From positions 1-43,485 of the forward strand of contig NKIB01014434.1 of the NCBI GenBank assembly GCA_002256025.1: DNA of 43,485 nucleotides, in the 5' to 3' direction. This document shows positions 11,669 through 25,390 of the stretch, in pieces. The notes beneath the pieces were generated by a model that saw only the letters and a program-made list of their open reading frames with translations, was not told the DNA's origin and made no database searches. Each line of letters begins with the position of its first letter. Position 1 is the first letter of the stretch. The position numbers and the translations under genes are program-made. Source of the DNA: Asterionella formosa (lineage: Eukaryota).

Positions 11669-11963
11669 AGGCAATGGGGAGAATACTGAACCTAATGTTG
11701 TAATTAGCGCTATCGAACGGTACCACATAAAAGAGAAGAAGTGATCACATATAATATCCAACACAACTTGTTGGATGGGAAAAACTCGACATATTCCAGA
11801 CAAGGATTACCCACTCAAGGATGACCAAAATGCACGCTGGTCCAACAGGCCGCTAGTACCAGGCGCCTGCATGTCAGAAGACAGACCTCGCAGGACTACA
11901 CCTAACTGTTTTCCCCGTTGAGCGTGCGCTCGTGATACCCTGAGGTAAACTCAGAATTTACCA
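11669..11963 (-). mobile_element. Truncated solo LTR of the Copia family at 15677-33568
   Basis: Aligns to ~33274-33568 (GGGGAGAATACTGAACCTAATGTTG...CAGAATTTACCA). About 30 bp are missing at its left end, where the DNA element abuts. Confidence 0.9.
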
Positions 11964-12303
11964 AGTATGGCATATGAACGGATTCTGGATTCTCCCCTGT
12001 GGTACACTCGTGTGTGGAATATATTGACTGTAGCCTGTTCATATTTGACCTACGTAAATGTCAAAGTGTCCGGTAAAACTAAAATGCAACTCATCAGCTT
12101 AATTTCTTTAAGTCTGTATAGAATACATAAATACATGTGCAACTACCGGTAGTGTATAATGCTTGCACATACAAACAAAACGTTAGATGATGGACACGGT
12201 GTGACAGAAATAATTAAGAGATTGCTTGTTCAGAATTGAGAAAAAGGCGTTTCCTTACGCGTGCGATAAAACAACCAATGCAATCAACGAGAACAAAGCA
12301 TAC

Positions 12304-15300
12304 ATGACACTCAATCCTTCATTCGCCCCTACCAACAACGATGCTCCAATAGTGTCTGACAGTGCCATACAAGTTGAGTTCATCAGGAATGGACTATGTC
12401 CTTATCATCCAGACATTCAGCTTCGCAAAAAGAAATGGAATGGAGTTTGGAAGATTTTGCGAGAGAGCTGCCCTAGATGCGATCAAAAACAAATGAATAC
12501 CCGAGGGCCTCCTGCTCTAACGACTCCAATGCCTCAGCAGCATCTTTCGCCAGAAACAAAATCTCAGCCTTCAACACAAATTGAAACCACTGCAATTTCG
12601 TCTACGATTGCTGAAATTCTGTCAGAGATGCAAAAGAATGAGCAGAATGCTGACATTCAAAAAGAAAGTTGTGTAGCACTTTGGAAATTGGCTGACAATA
12701 ATGAAAACGACAGGGTGACGATTGCTGCTGCAGGAGGTATCACTATGATTCTGTCTGCTATGAGGACTCATTCCTCCAACGCTGATGTGCAAGAGTATGG
12801 TTGTGCAGCACTATGGAACTTGGCTTATAATGAAAACAACAAGGTGACAATTGCTGAAGCAGGAGGGATTGCTTTGATTCTGTCTACAATGGATAATCAT
12901 TCTTCCAATGATAATTTGCAATACTATAGTTGTGCATCAATTTGGAAATTAGCTGCGAATAATGCCAAAAACAAGGGGACGATTGCTGGAGCAGGAGGTA
13001 TCACTACGATTCTGTCTGCGATGAAGACTCATTCCTCCAATGCTACTGTGCAATACTGTGGTTGTGGAGCACTTAGTAAATTGGCTAAAAATAATGACAA
13101 CAACAAGGTGACGATTGTCGAAGCAGGAGGTATCACTTTGATTCTGTCTGCGATGAAGAATCATTTATCAAATGTTCATGTACAACACTACGGTTGTGCT
13201 GCACTTTGGATTTTAGCTGCGAAAAATGAAAACAACAGGGTGTTGATTTCTGAAGTAGGAGGTATCACTACTATTCTGTCTGCGATGAAGACTCATTCTT
13301 CCAATGATACTGTACAACACTATGGTTGTGCAGCACTTTTGAACTTGGCTGAGAAAAATGACAACAATCAAGTGACGATTGCTGAAGCAGAAGGCATCAC
13401 AACGATTTTATCTGCAATGAATAATCATTCCTCCAATGCTAATGTACAACACTACGGTTGTGCAGCACTTAATAACTTGGCTGTGAATGATAACAATGAG
13501 GTGACAATCGCTGCAGCAGGGGGTATCACTAAGATTCTGTTTGCGATGAATAACCATTTTTCTAATGCTCATGTGCAACACTATGGTTGTGCAGCACTTC
13601 AAAACTTGGCTTATAATGAAAACAACAAGGTGACGATTGCTGAAGCAGGAGGTATCACTACGATTCTGTCTGCGATGAACAATCATTTATCGAATCTTAA
13701 TGTTCAACAATATGGTTGTTTAGCATTTCAGAACTTGGCTCAGAATGACAACTACAGGGTGGTAATCGCTGCAGCAGGAGGGATCATTTCGATCCTGTCT
13801 GCTATGAAAAATCATTCATATAATGCTGACGTGCAATACTATGGTTGTACAGCTCTTCGTAACTTGGCTTATAATAACCACAACAAGGTGGCAATTGCCA
13901 TAGCTGGTGGAATCGACGCAATTCAGGCTGCGATTCAAAATCATGCATCCAATGTTCGTGTTCAAGAAGGAGGAAATGGAGCACTTCTCATATTGACTCA
14001 AACCCAAATTTCAACCACTTCAATTTCGTCTCCGATTGCTGCGATTCTTTCAAAAATGCAAGAGAATGAGCAGCATGCTGCCATTCAAAGAAAGTGTCTC
14101 ATTAAACTTGCAGAAATGGCTTTTACTAATGAAAACTACCAAGAGACGATTGCTGCAGTAGGAGGTGTCACTGCGATTCTGTCTACTATGGATAATCATT
14201 CATCCAATGCTGATGTGCAAGAAAACGGTTGTGTAGCACTTCAGAACTTGGCTATAAATAATGACAACAACAAGGTGGCAATTGCTAAAGCAAAAGGTAT
14301 CACTACAATTCTATCAGCGATGAAAAATCATTTGTCCAATGCTAATGTGCAATACTATGGTTGTGGAGCACTTCTAACCTTTGCTGTGAATGACAAAATT
14401 GAGGTAACAATTGCTGCATCAGGAGGTATCACTGCAATTCTGTCTGCTATGAGTAATCATTCATCAAATGCTATGGTACAACACTATGGTTGTGCAGCAC
14501 TTCGGAACTTGGCTGTGAATGACAACAACAAGGTGGCGATTGCTGAAGCAGGAGGTATCACTACGATTTTGTCTGCGATGAAGACTCATTATTGCAATGC
14601 TGACATACAAGAATATGGTTGTGGAGCATTTTTTAACTTGGCTGTGAATGAAAACAACAAGGGGATGATTGCTGAAGCAGCAGGTATCACTTTGATACTG
14701 TCTGCGATGAATATTCATTCCTCTAATGCTAATGTGCAATACTATGGTTGCGGAGCACTTATGAACTTGGCTGAGAATGACAACAGCAAGGTGTTGATTG
14801 CTGAAACAGGAGGTATCACATTGATTCTTTCTGCAATGAAGAATCATTTATCAAATGCTAATGTGCAACACCATGGTTTTGCAGCACTTCGGAACTTGGC
14901 TGTGAATGACAACAATGAGGTGACAAGTGATTCAGCAGGAGCTATCACAACGATCTTGTCCACGATGGATAATCATTCATCCAATGCTGATGTGCAACAC
15001 TATTGTTGTGGACTACTTTGGAACTTGGCTTATAAAAATAAAAATGACAAGGTGGCAATTGCTGAATCAGGAGGTATCACTAAAATTTTGTCTGGGATGA
15101 AGAGACATCCTAAACATGCTAAGGTGCAACAATATGGTTGTGGAGCACTTGGGAACTTGGCTTTTAATAATGACAACAATAAGGTGACGATTGTTGAAGC
15201 AGAAGGTATCAGTCAGATTCTGTTGGCGATGAAGACTCATTCATCCAATGCCAATGTGCAACAATTCGGTTTTAGAGCACTCCGGAATTTGGCTAATGAT

Positions 15301-15570
15301 AATGACAACCACAGGGTGAGGATTGTTGAAGCAGGAGGTATCACTGTGATTCTATCTGCAATGGAGACTCATTCCTCCAATGCTAATGTGCAACATAATG
15401 GTTGTGCAGCACTTGGCACCTTGGCTACCAATAATGAAAACAGAGTGGCGATTGCCAATGCCGGTGGAAAGGTCACAATTGAGTCTGCTATTCGAAATCA
15501 CCCATCCAATGCTGTCGTCTATGAAAAAGCCCATGAAGCACTTCGCATATTGACCCAAATTGGGAAATGA
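12304..15570 (+). CDS. ARM-repeat protein 2 (intact, 1088 aa): putative Zn-binding motif plus two capped solenoids (~11 + ~12 units)
   Basis: Uninterrupted ORF. The first ATG is 12304 (the track start 12226 is TTG) and is homologous to ATG 3477. Same architecture as gene 1. Confidence 0.92.
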   Translation: MTLNPSFAPTNNDAPIVSDSAIQVEFIRNGLCPYHPDIQLRKKKWNGVWKILRESCPRCDQKQMNTRGPPALTTPMPQQHLSPETKSQPSTQIETTAISSTIAEILSEMQKNEQNADIQKESCVALWKLADNNENDRVTIAAAGGITMILSAMRTHSSNADVQEYGCAALWNLAYNENNKVTIAEAGGIALILSTMDNHSSNDNLQYYSCASIWKLAANNAKNKGTIAGAGGITTILSAMKTHSSNATVQYCGCGALSKLAKNNDNNKVTIVEAGGITLILSAMKNHLSNVHVQHYGCAALWILAAKNENNRVLISEVGGITTILSAMKTHSSNDTVQHYGCAALLNLAEKNDNNQVTIAEAEGITTILSAMNNHSSNANVQHYGCAALNNLAVNDNNEVTIAAAGGITKILFAMNNHFSNAHVQHYGCAALQNLAYNENNKVTIAEAGGITTILSAMNNHLSNLNVQQYGCLAFQNLAQNDNYRVVIAAAGGIISILSAMKNHSYNADVQYYGCTALRNLAYNNHNKVAIAIAGGIDAIQAAIQNHASNVRVQEGGNGALLILTQTQISTTSISSPIAAILSKMQENEQHAAIQRKCLIKLAEMAFTNENYQETIAAVGGVTAILSTMDNHSSNADVQENGCVALQNLAINNDNNKVAIAKAKGITTILSAMKNHLSNANVQYYGCGALLTFAVNDKIEVTIAASGGITAILSAMSNHSSNAMVQHYGCAALRNLAVNDNNKVAIAEAGGITTILSAMKTHYCNADIQEYGCGAFFNLAVNENNKGMIAEAAGITLILSAMNIHSSNANVQYYGCGALMNLAENDNSKVLIAETGGITLILSAMKNHLSNANVQHHGFAALRNLAVNDNNEVTSDSAGAITTILSTMDNHSSNADVQHYCCGLLWNLAYKNKNDKVAIAESGGITKILSGMKRHPKHAKVQQYGCGALGNLAFNNDNNKVTIVEAEGISQILLAMKTHSSNANVQQFGFRALRNLANDNDNHRVRIVEAGGITVILSAMETHSSNANVQHNGCAALGTLATNNENRVAIANAGGKVTIESAIRNHPSNAVVYEKAHEALRILTQIGK

Positions 15571-15676
15571 TTATTATGGGATTATGTAGATGGATCAATT
15601 AGTATTTATTATTGTAATTAACATAACTGTTACATTTTGATTATCAATTAGAGTTCTTCTTGTTTTAACTTTGACC

Positions 15677-15897
15677 TGTACATACGACTAATTCTCCTAT
15701 CAAACAGGCAACGGGGAGAATACTGAACCTAATGTTGTAATTAGCGCTATTGAAGGGTACCACATAAAAAAGAAGAAGTGATCACAGAGCATTATCCAAC
15801 ACAACTTGTTGGATGGGAAAACTCGACATATTCCAGACAAGGATTACCCACTCAAGGATGATCAAAATGCACGCTGGTCCTACAGGCGGTAGGACCA
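15677..15897 (-). repeat. 3' LTR, left part (continues at 20069-20161)
   Basis: Matches ~33244-33463 and is interrupted at ...GGACCA by the TIR element. Confidence 0.9.
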
Positions 15898-18800
15898 CGT
15901 CTGCAAATAAAAACCATCATATTTCCATGATGCATCATGGGATTATGATCATCTGATCATAATTTTTCTTTATATCATCTAATAATTATGATAACCCTTT
16001 TGACTACCGGTATGGAAATTTAATTATTATATGTATTGTTTCTTTTAGGTTCCTTTATTTAAATTTCTCGGTAGGATAATGTACCAGTTTGAGTAATGTG
16101 GTTTGGCTCATCATCCTCGCCAGTCCTCACTCTGATTCTTGCAACAACGACAAACCAGCCTTGTCAAGAGGAACGAGTGTTTGTGATAAAATCTTCATTT
16201 GTCGTTCAAGTCCTCATATGTCTTCGATGAATCATCATCTACATTGTACAGTATGTTCGTACTACTATGCAATCTGTTAAGAGCTTGAAAAGAAATCCAA
16301 TGAAAACGAAATGGCTCATCACACAAGACGAATATTTCTGGCCGGTCTGTCACTGGAGCATTGGTCAGTGTTACAACCTCAATCATAGCTAAACAACATC
16401 CATTATAGAACAGCACAATCTAATTCTCCGTAACATTGTCTCTCTAACAAGAACGTAATACATCTAGAATTGAAACGCAGCATAGCAGGCGATATGCACA
16501 AAGAAGCATGAGACTGTCTATTTATTGTAACAGAGTGATTCTGGTTTTGTAATTTTCATGTCTCATTAGATTTTCTTTGTCATCGTTCTAGTTCCGTACC
16601 TTTAAAGACAGGAGCGTATTCTTTGATGTATCTGGATTATTTCAATGGATGGCAGCAGTTGTTATTAGGGTATTAGACACAAACCTTGACAAAAGCACTA
16701 GTACCTTGTAGATGATCATGAAAAGCGAGACACTTTGCTTGGCCTATCGCCCACCAGCCAGTCTATAACTGCAAAAATGCAAGAAGCAAGCACAAGTTGA
16801 ATACCCATTTATGGATTCAAGTTTCAGTAGTTCAACAATATAAAATATTAGAAACCGGAAGTCACATTTCATCTAATTACGGTTTTCATTAGCTATACTA
16901 GTATTGATTGAGAGGAAGCAATAGGAGAATGGCTGCCAAACGGGCGGGGGCAAACACAGAGAATCCTACAACTAATTTTTCTTCCCAATGATCCCAGTCC
17001 CTTGTTGAATGTCACTTGCTACAGAAAATGTAGAACAGCCGCCATGATCTGTTGATTGTTGCTTTATGGTGCCACTGACCGAGACCTCCAGAAATCTCAA
17101 TGAGTTGCTTGTCTCTTGACTTGAATGCAAAAGGGATCGAAACCAGCGGAAAAATCAAAAGGGAACTAAAAATGCTCTGCAAACATCAGGACAATGGTGA
17201 AATAGAAATGAAGGTTCTTGGGAGGAGAAGTAAAGGAATAATTGCTTCTGGTCTTGCGGGAACAAGAATAGATTGACCCAAAAAATGTTGACAAATAGGT
17301 ACCTACGGGAAAAGGAAGCAATGCTTTCAGCATCATCAATCTATACACAAACCTGCACCACCTGATGTCATCAATATAGCTACATCGACTTCGTCAATGA
17401 AGAAGTCAATGGGTGGAGCATGTGAGGAAAATCGGGGTTGAGGTTTTCTTGACGCCAACGTGGACCTGATTGGCTGAACTCCTTGCAGATGAAGGCATTG
17501 AGTAACCTGGGTCTGTGAAGCCAAAGGATAAAGAAAAATCTATGACAAGGGTGGTGAGATAGTGTTTAGGAAAGGGGAAGAAAAGGTTTTCATAGCTGAA
17601 CGCATTCGAAGCTTGTATAGACAATAAATGGTGGAATACCATGGCTGCTCTTGGCTGACAGCTGCCAAGTCAAGTACAAACACAACGAGGGTGCACAAAA
17701 GACAGTCCAATTTTAATTGACTGGCTGATACTTAGTTGTGAGACTCACCATTCTGCAATGGGGTGGACTTTGATCATTTCTTCGTTCAAAGCACAATCAA
17801 TTCGAATGCTGTCCAGTGAAACAGCCAATGAAAACAATTGTGGCGAAAAATCGCAGAACAGATCAAGAGATTTCATAGGAATTAAAATAACAACAGCAGG
17901 GCATATATGATGTGCTGCTCCTTGTTTCGACTAGCTATCTATGATTATTTCCATATTTCATACTACACAGGTGCATGGATGACTCCTCCCTTTCATTAGA
18001 TATGCAGCCATGTTGCGTTAATTCTACAGGACCTATAGGATTTTTAGTCTGGTGGTCATCATTTCTGCATTGTCTATACCAGTAGGAGTCACCAGCCATG
18101 TATACATGCATGCTGCGATAATTCTTTCAAGACATGAAATTTTGGTAGCTTGGGGGTTATCACTTCCATACTGTATACAGGGGGAAGGGGTTGCATGCAT
18201 GAGCAACTACTCCGGTATAAAATATGATCTTTAATCGATGATTCTTGATTCATTTATCCTATAAATTTGATCATAATATATTGATCATATGATGAACAGT
18301 GTCCTTGATGAGAAAATGAATGATCAACATTTATTTTCAAGAATCAGGATTAATTGATCTTAAAAATATGATCAAATGATCCTAAACACATGAGCATATT
18401 AAGTTTTCTGCTGCACTTTTGTGATATTTCCATGATGGAAGTAATACCCAGCAATTATACAGTACTACCGGTAGGCCACATGAATTTTGGTCAATATGAT
18501 TTCGACCATTTGAAAAATTGGTGATGACTCCAGTTTATGAAGGGGCATAATTAAATCAGCCACTGACTTGTAGGTACAAGAAATGACACAAAAAAAGTTG
18601 AAAAAACTCAACAGGTCGTGGAAAACTATGAACTCATTATGCATTTTATATATTTGAATTATGTATAATCAAATTAAAATTAGTATAAACAGGATGTGCC
18701 GTATAATGAGCGTGTTTCAAACTATGCAAATGTTCAACTATGTATACATTTAAACTTCTTACAAATCTTTATATATATGTATTCATGGCTGAAACATTTG

Positions 18801-20068
18801 AAATCATGTTTTGTTGTTCCTTGTCATGCATACACTTTGCTCCTGAATTGAAGGATTAACACAGATGATGAGCGGAAAACGAAAGTGGTAATAAAGCACA
18901 ATGATACATGCAGCTTAGAAGAGAAGGGCGGAATCAATTTATGGTAAGTCAATAGCAAATGCCTTTCATGTTCCTTGTCATGCTGCATCCACTTCCTCAA
19001 ATGAAGGATCTCAAGCAACACAGCCATGATGCGAAAAACTGAAGTGACAATACAGAACGATAAGAATGAGTGAATATGATGGAGAAGGGCGGAATCAACA
19101 AGCTGTGCATAGCATCACGGTTTGTCAAGAGCAAATGCCAAGATGATCAATTGCTGGGATTATTGGCTGGCCAACCATCAATGTGGACAAAAGAAATCGG
19201 TAAGTGTTGCCTATCAGCCATCTTTGGATCAATGCACAACTGTTGAAGAAACTGACACATATGTGTTGCTTCTCTCAGGATAATGGTAGACAAACAGTAT
19301 TTGTAAGTTACAAACAGCAGTGCTGGAGCCCATTTATTGATCGATACTTTGCTTCTCATTCAATCCTCGACTGACACATTCTTGTACAGAAATATGCATC
19401 AGTTACTTCCTCAATTTGTGGTAAGTGAAGCAAGATAGAAGCGAAATGAATGTTGTTGTGTAAGCAAAACATGAACAGCTAACAATGAACTGCTTCTCTT
19501 TGTTAGTATGGCTGATTGGAACAACGAAACAGATTCAATAGTGCGTGAATGCAAACTCAGATCCGTCAGGAGTAAATTGAACAAAGCAAGCAGGGGAACA
19601 ATGGCAAGGCAACCAGTACAACAACCTTCAGAATTGGATTGGGGGGAAGGTGGAAGTGAAAGCGACACCGACAATCATTGCGATGAGAGCATTGTAGAGC
19701 ATTCTGTAGCCACTTAAGATGTAGAATCATAGAACCATTCTTAGCTAAATATAGTTCTAAATATCGATCAATTTCATCCTATTTTAGACAGCGATATCGA
19801 TGAGAATTACGATCATGCTAATATAGATGTATGACAAAAGTATACACATCACATGACCATGTTAAACTAATTATATGATGCAATGGTATTAAAACTATGA
19901 TAGTCTCATCATACTTCAAGCTTGGTAAGAAAAGTTTACTGCATGATAATAATAATATGATACATTGATCATATTTTTGATCGAAAAACTATCATATATG
20001 TGAAAATCCTGTGCCACTTAGCGTACGATACCCTTGATCATATTCATGATATTTTTTATTTACAGACG
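15898..20068. mobile_element. ~4.2 kb TIR DNA transposon (CACTA/Plavaka-like, non-autonomous) with a 2-bp CA target duplication
   Basis: Left end CGTCTGCAAATAAAAACCATCAT; reverse complement of right end CGTCTGTAAATAAAAAATATCAT. CA flanks both sides. ATCAT/ATGAT-rich subtermini. No intact ORF. Superfamily is inferred. Confidence 0.8.
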
Positions 20069-20170
20069 CAGGCCTATACCAAACGGTTTTCCCTGTTGAG
20101 CATACGCCTGAGACACCCTGAGGTATACCCAGAATTTACCAGTCCCCCCACAGTGGTAACCATGTCAGAT
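20069..20170 (-). repeat. Remainder of the 3' LTR and polypurine tract
   Basis: TTTTCCCTGTTGAGCATACGCC..CCTGAGGTATACCCAGAATTTACCA matches ~33514-33568. The minus strand reads GGGGGGAC immediately before TGGTAAA. Confidence 0.85.
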
Positions 20171-20388
20171 GCCACCGTGAAACGCTCCTCCATTGCAACA
20201 TAAACGACCGGTTCTGCCAGTGATCTTCATCACTCAGTCCATTTTGGGCTGTACCATGTATTCCAATTCGCCAGCCACTGTCTCCATATTCCGTTTTGGA
20301 AAAGAACAGTAGTTATTGAACCTTGTTCTTTATCAAACATCACTGAATATCTCTCGCAAGCAATGTTACAATAGATAACAGAAACAAC

Positions 20389-22329
20389 TTAATCTAAAAC
20401 ACTCCTGGCAAAATGATAAACTGGCACTCCAGTGAGTCTTTTCGTTAAACCATCAGAGCAGTTAGCCTTACCAGAATCATGTGCAACACGCGCTGACCCA
20501 TATGCACAAGCCTCACGACACTTGTGATAAGCAATTGCATTATGCCTTTTATTCAACGTTGACTCAGGCCTAGTAACATCTCGCGTTGTCTCCAAACATA
20601 TTTGCGGCACCATCAATGGGCACTCCCATCATGTGTAAATCATTCATTTCAATAGCAATTTTCATCGCCACAAAGTCACTCCCAAAAGTTGACATTTTGA
20701 CAGTATTTTGCTGTTTGGAATACCACCTCTCAGCAACACCATTTAAGAATATCAATACCCCTGTTGTCGATCTACGGGGAGCAAGGCAAGTCGCATGTGC
20801 AGCATCACAAAAGATGTTGATTTGTACCTCTTTCCCAAGACCCTCTGGTGCACCTGTTGGAATCAACTCAACATCATCAGGGTAAAATTCTTTCCAATCA
20901 GCACCACCATGATACCAATCGACTGTATTCCAATCCCTATTTCCCTTTTACATAACCAAATATGCGGAGCACTGCCTCCATGTGTCCTTCACAAGGAGCA
21001 TTCCTAAATCTCGACATGAGCGCCACCAAATGCATCAAATCAATTCATGCTAACTCAGTCACCCATTGCAGGATTCCAATATAACTAGCTTACAAGGATG
21101 GATCATCCTCACTCAATAGGGGGCTGACATCAATCTCAGGATGGTATCCAGCTGGTAAGGGTGAGGACGCCTTTCGGCATAATTTTTGATCCCAAGCTTC
21201 CTCCTCAATAGTCAGAATAGCATTAGTGTGGTAATCCTCTGCTGACATGGACCATGCCAATGACCCATCACCAAATTGATACTGGCCAACCATTACGCCT
21301 ACATAGCGACAAGGTGCGGTTCCTGGATCTTCAACAACCTTAAGTGTAAAGTAACAAGCTAATTCCTTGACTAACTCATCAGCTGCCGCTGAAATGAGCA
21401 TAACATTGTCAACGTAGACCAATGCATATTCATAGTATGCTGAGCCATCCACTTTTGTTGCTTTCCTCAACCACAGATCTGGATCAGCCTCACAAGTATG
21501 GAAATGCATATAATCACGTAACACAGAAGCCAGATGTAACCGGAAGGCGGCACCAGCAGACTTCAGAACTTAAAGAGCACAAATGATCTTCAGCAAACAA
21601 CTTTTCAGCGGGCCAAATTCGTCCCCTGCCACAACATAAAAATGCTCTTTCACAGGCGCTGTCAAATAAGCATTCCCCCAATGTCTGTCAGCCGTAGATT
21701 TAATCCATTTTGACCGGCAACCAACAAGGCAACAATGCGAATTGTCTCCCTAGAAGCGACACTTGAATATGTGATTGCCTTTGGGGGGTCAGTCCTATGA
21801 CCTCCTGCCACATACCTAGACTTGCGCGTGAAGTCCAACTTGACATCCCAGATTATATGTCCCGGAATCTTCTTGTATCCAGGAACATGGGTTGCCTTTT
21901 CTGGCCGAACTTCAAAAGCTATCATCACTGCAGACATCTCCTTGCGGAGAGCAGCCATCCATCCAAAGTATATTAACATTTTCATGGTCCAACCTTGCTG
22001 CATCAGGAAAGCTAGAACTTGGCATTTGAACAACAATTGTAAAACTAGCTCGGTGGTATGGTCTACTCTGTGTTGCCTTGATGATTCGTTTCATGCGTTT
22101 TAAGACCATTGGAACCCACCAAAAAAAGCAGGATTGATTTCGATTTGGTTCGCTTTGGCATATTCAGCAAGTTCAATCGGATTTGTTTCCTTCAGAGTCT
22201 TTAATGGGAGCCAGGATGTAGATCCGTCCCTCCATTCGACTTCTAGATCCCACCCAGTTGTTGTCTTCTTCTTGTTATAATTTTTCCCGTTTTGCGGAAA
22301 TTATTGATCACTCTTCTCCACAGCCTTCC
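20389..22329 (-). pseudogene. Copia pol remnant (RT + RNase H)
   Basis: GYKKIPGHIIWDVKLDFTRKSRYVAGGH, YSSVASRETIRI, LTDIG, EADPDLWLR, YYEYALVYVDNVM, FCDAAHA..RRSTTG, STFGSDFVAMK and KRHNAIAYHKCRE, with frameshifts. Confidence 0.93.
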
Positions 22330-23594
22330 TGTAAAAACAATCATATTTCCGTGATGCATCATAGGATTGTGATGATCTGATAATAATTTTTTGTTATATC
22401 ATCTAATAATTTTGAGAAATGCCCTTGAAAATTAAATAGTTACCCTTTTGACTGCATACATTAAATTATTATATGTATTGTTTCTATTAGATTCCTGTGT
22501 TCGAATTTCTTGGTAGGATAATGTACCAGCTAATGTAATGTAATTTGGCTCATCATTTCCATCCTTCATCACTCCGATTTTTTCAACAACAACAAAATAC
22601 TAGCACCGACAAGTGAAACGATTGTTTGCAATAAAAACGTCTTCAATTGTTGGTCAAGCAATCATTATATCTTTGAGAAATCGTCATGTGCAGTGAACCG
22701 TTGTTCATAATCATTCAATTAAGAGTTTACAGAGAAGAAATCATTCAAGCTTGTAATGGTTCTGCACACAGCGCACATTGTGAATGTGTATGTGCACTGT
22801 CAACTTGTGTACATTTCAGGAGTGACTTAGCTACTAAAGGGCATGTTAAAATATCATACTCCATAGTACGATGCAGAATACTACAGTTCCCAATCATCTC
22901 ATCATGATTGATAAGATGATAATGTGATATCACGATAGGGTTACATCGATGCATGCATCACCAAAGTATGATAATTAATATTGAATAAAGAATATCACAT
23001 AGCTATGATGCATTGATCATAGAACTGTGATGATTTCTTAAAATGATTATGATATAATTATGATCAAAAAAAGATCATGCTAAAATAATACAATGATAAT
23101 AAAATACGATAAAATATGTACACAAGTGTTATCGATGCATCACAGAAAGTAAATGAATAAATCACAATTATGTTACTAAATTTATAAGTTCGACTTTTCA
23201 TGTATACAGTAATAGCCAACAGTTAATATGATAGTATTATACGGTGGATAGGATTTAAGTATACGGATGCATTGATATGTACCTCACAATAACATGATTT
23301 GTGATATGGATTGATGCATATCACATACCGGTATCCTCAACAACCAGCCATCACGTTCATTGTTTTGTCGTTTTTCCTTGTTATAGCTATATACCGGTAT
23401 ATGCCGGCATATTGTGTAAACACAACGCTGGCGGAAGATGCATATTACACTGTGCACTGTTCAACAATTACTACACTCGGTTACCATCACACCAGTTGCA
23501 TCTCCACAGGCGCTGCAAAAAGCTCCGCGTTTCCCTTTCACTGTTTTACATCATGGTCTTCTGTCCCTTTTGACAAAAATCCAAATGGCATTTC

Positions 23595-25390
23595 ATGGAT
23601 TTCATGCAAAGGATCCCTCAGTCAAACGAGAAACGTGACTTACTTCCGTTGTTTACACTACTCGACTTTATGTTTTCGGAAAAGAAGATGAAGAAACTTA
23701 TGAAATCAATCGAAGATTCCTTTGAATACCCTCAAATATCAGATGAAATTGAACAGATTCATCACACTCCAGAAAAAAATGAAGCAAGTATGCCGATACC
23801 ATGGTGGCAGAGATTAAATAGAAGGAAATATTGCTTTTGAAGAGCCAAGGAAACCGAAACAGTTGTTCTTCACGGATGAAGACTCTGTTCCTACAGAATC
23901 GCAGTTCCATCCAGTGTCGTATTTTGCTCCTTATTCTCCTGAAATCGCTGATAATAAAGAAGAATTCGGTCATTCTCATTCATTTGATGAACAAATTCAT
24001 GCGATGAATGAAAATACCAGCGGAAATGTTGGAGACATGGGATCACTTCTGAAGTAGAAATGGTTGAAAAGTTGCAAAACCAAGAAATATGTCACTATTC
24101 GTCCAGATCATCAAGATGAACATCATGAAGGCACAGAAACTATTGAATTTCTAAAATAAAAGATATTCAAGAAAAAGTCCGAGCTAGATCAAGACCTCGA
24201 ATTCAAGAGGATCAATGCAGACAGAGATGTGATGCTGGCTAAGGCAGTTGATGCACTGAGTCGGGAACAAAGTTTGAAGAAAAATTTGAATCTTTTTCCA
24301 AATCATACATTGAAGAAAAAGATTAGTATTTCCTTGTAAAGTCATCATTTAAAAAACGAAGGCAGCTAGCTACTTTTGTGAAGAGTCAGCATGTGAAATG
24401 TTTACAGTTATTTTGCCAAAGCAAACTGCATTTTCCTTGAGTTTGCCGAAAACACATGGACAAATAAAATTTTGGAAAGATTTGTACACACGTACGCACC
24501 CCACAAGAAATATTCAATAACGCCTCTATATTTTATGGAGTCAAAGGTATCAAAAAATCATCTTCAGATTTTAAAGATCTTGCATATTGGGACCTTGAAA
24601 CAAATACCTCTCTCTATGATCCATTATATAATTCATGAACTTCATCCAACTGATGTAAAGGTAATATTTGATCTGGATTAGAATCCAGAAAAGGGTAATA
24701 ACAAACCATAGTACTATATATACCAAGGTGATTGTCATCCACTTCATCATGACAGTAACTATGTGCTAATTGTTTATTGCAAAAGATCATATAAGGAGGA
24801 AAACAACCATTTTGTGCAGAATCTTTTTGCTATTAATGATGGATTATGTCAAGACCGTGATCCAGGAAAAGATGCAAGTTTGGATGAACATTATGATCAA
24901 GTAATTCACCTTGCCCGTAAGTACTGCATCATCCCTGGATGCACAAAACAATTGGAATTGTTATGCACCGATACAGGTTTTCTTTCACAAGAATACCATA
25001 TACCTGAATAAATTGCTTGGTTTATTGGAATCTTTCTATACTGGCACCAATGCACCATTGCAGATCATTATGGCCACTGAACATGATTCCATGTTGCTTA
25101 TTTCAACCAGAAGATGATACTGGATGGTCATTTGGACCATTTACAATTGTGAAAGTTTTGGAAACTCTATTGCAAGTAGAAAGGAATGGAGAAACCAAAT
25201 TTCTTTGCAACCGGCCAGGCACGATTCCGTTTGGAGACGGAGTCCTGGAAAGCTTTAAAACGTCAGGTGGTAGGAACTGATCGAACAGACGATTTTTTAT
25301 CTGTTACATCTGACTCACCAACCAAGTCAACATACATTTATCTTGCTTGGAACAGTTTAGCATCAAGTGACATTGACAAATTCTCGTGAG
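23595..25390 (+). pseudogene. Decayed accessory ORF of the TIR element, possibly with a C-terminal Ulp1/C48-like peptidase
   Basis: Chain of same-strand ORF fragments. HDSNYVLIV and QPEDDTGWSFGPF loosely resemble the His and Q-x-D-x-x-x-C-G motifs of C48 peptidases. Weak. Confidence 0.3.

Noticed and set aside
845..22329. Diversity-generating retroelement (RT near variable repeats)
   Set aside because: Both RTs are decayed Copia type, and no template/variable repeat pair with adenine-specific differences was seen.
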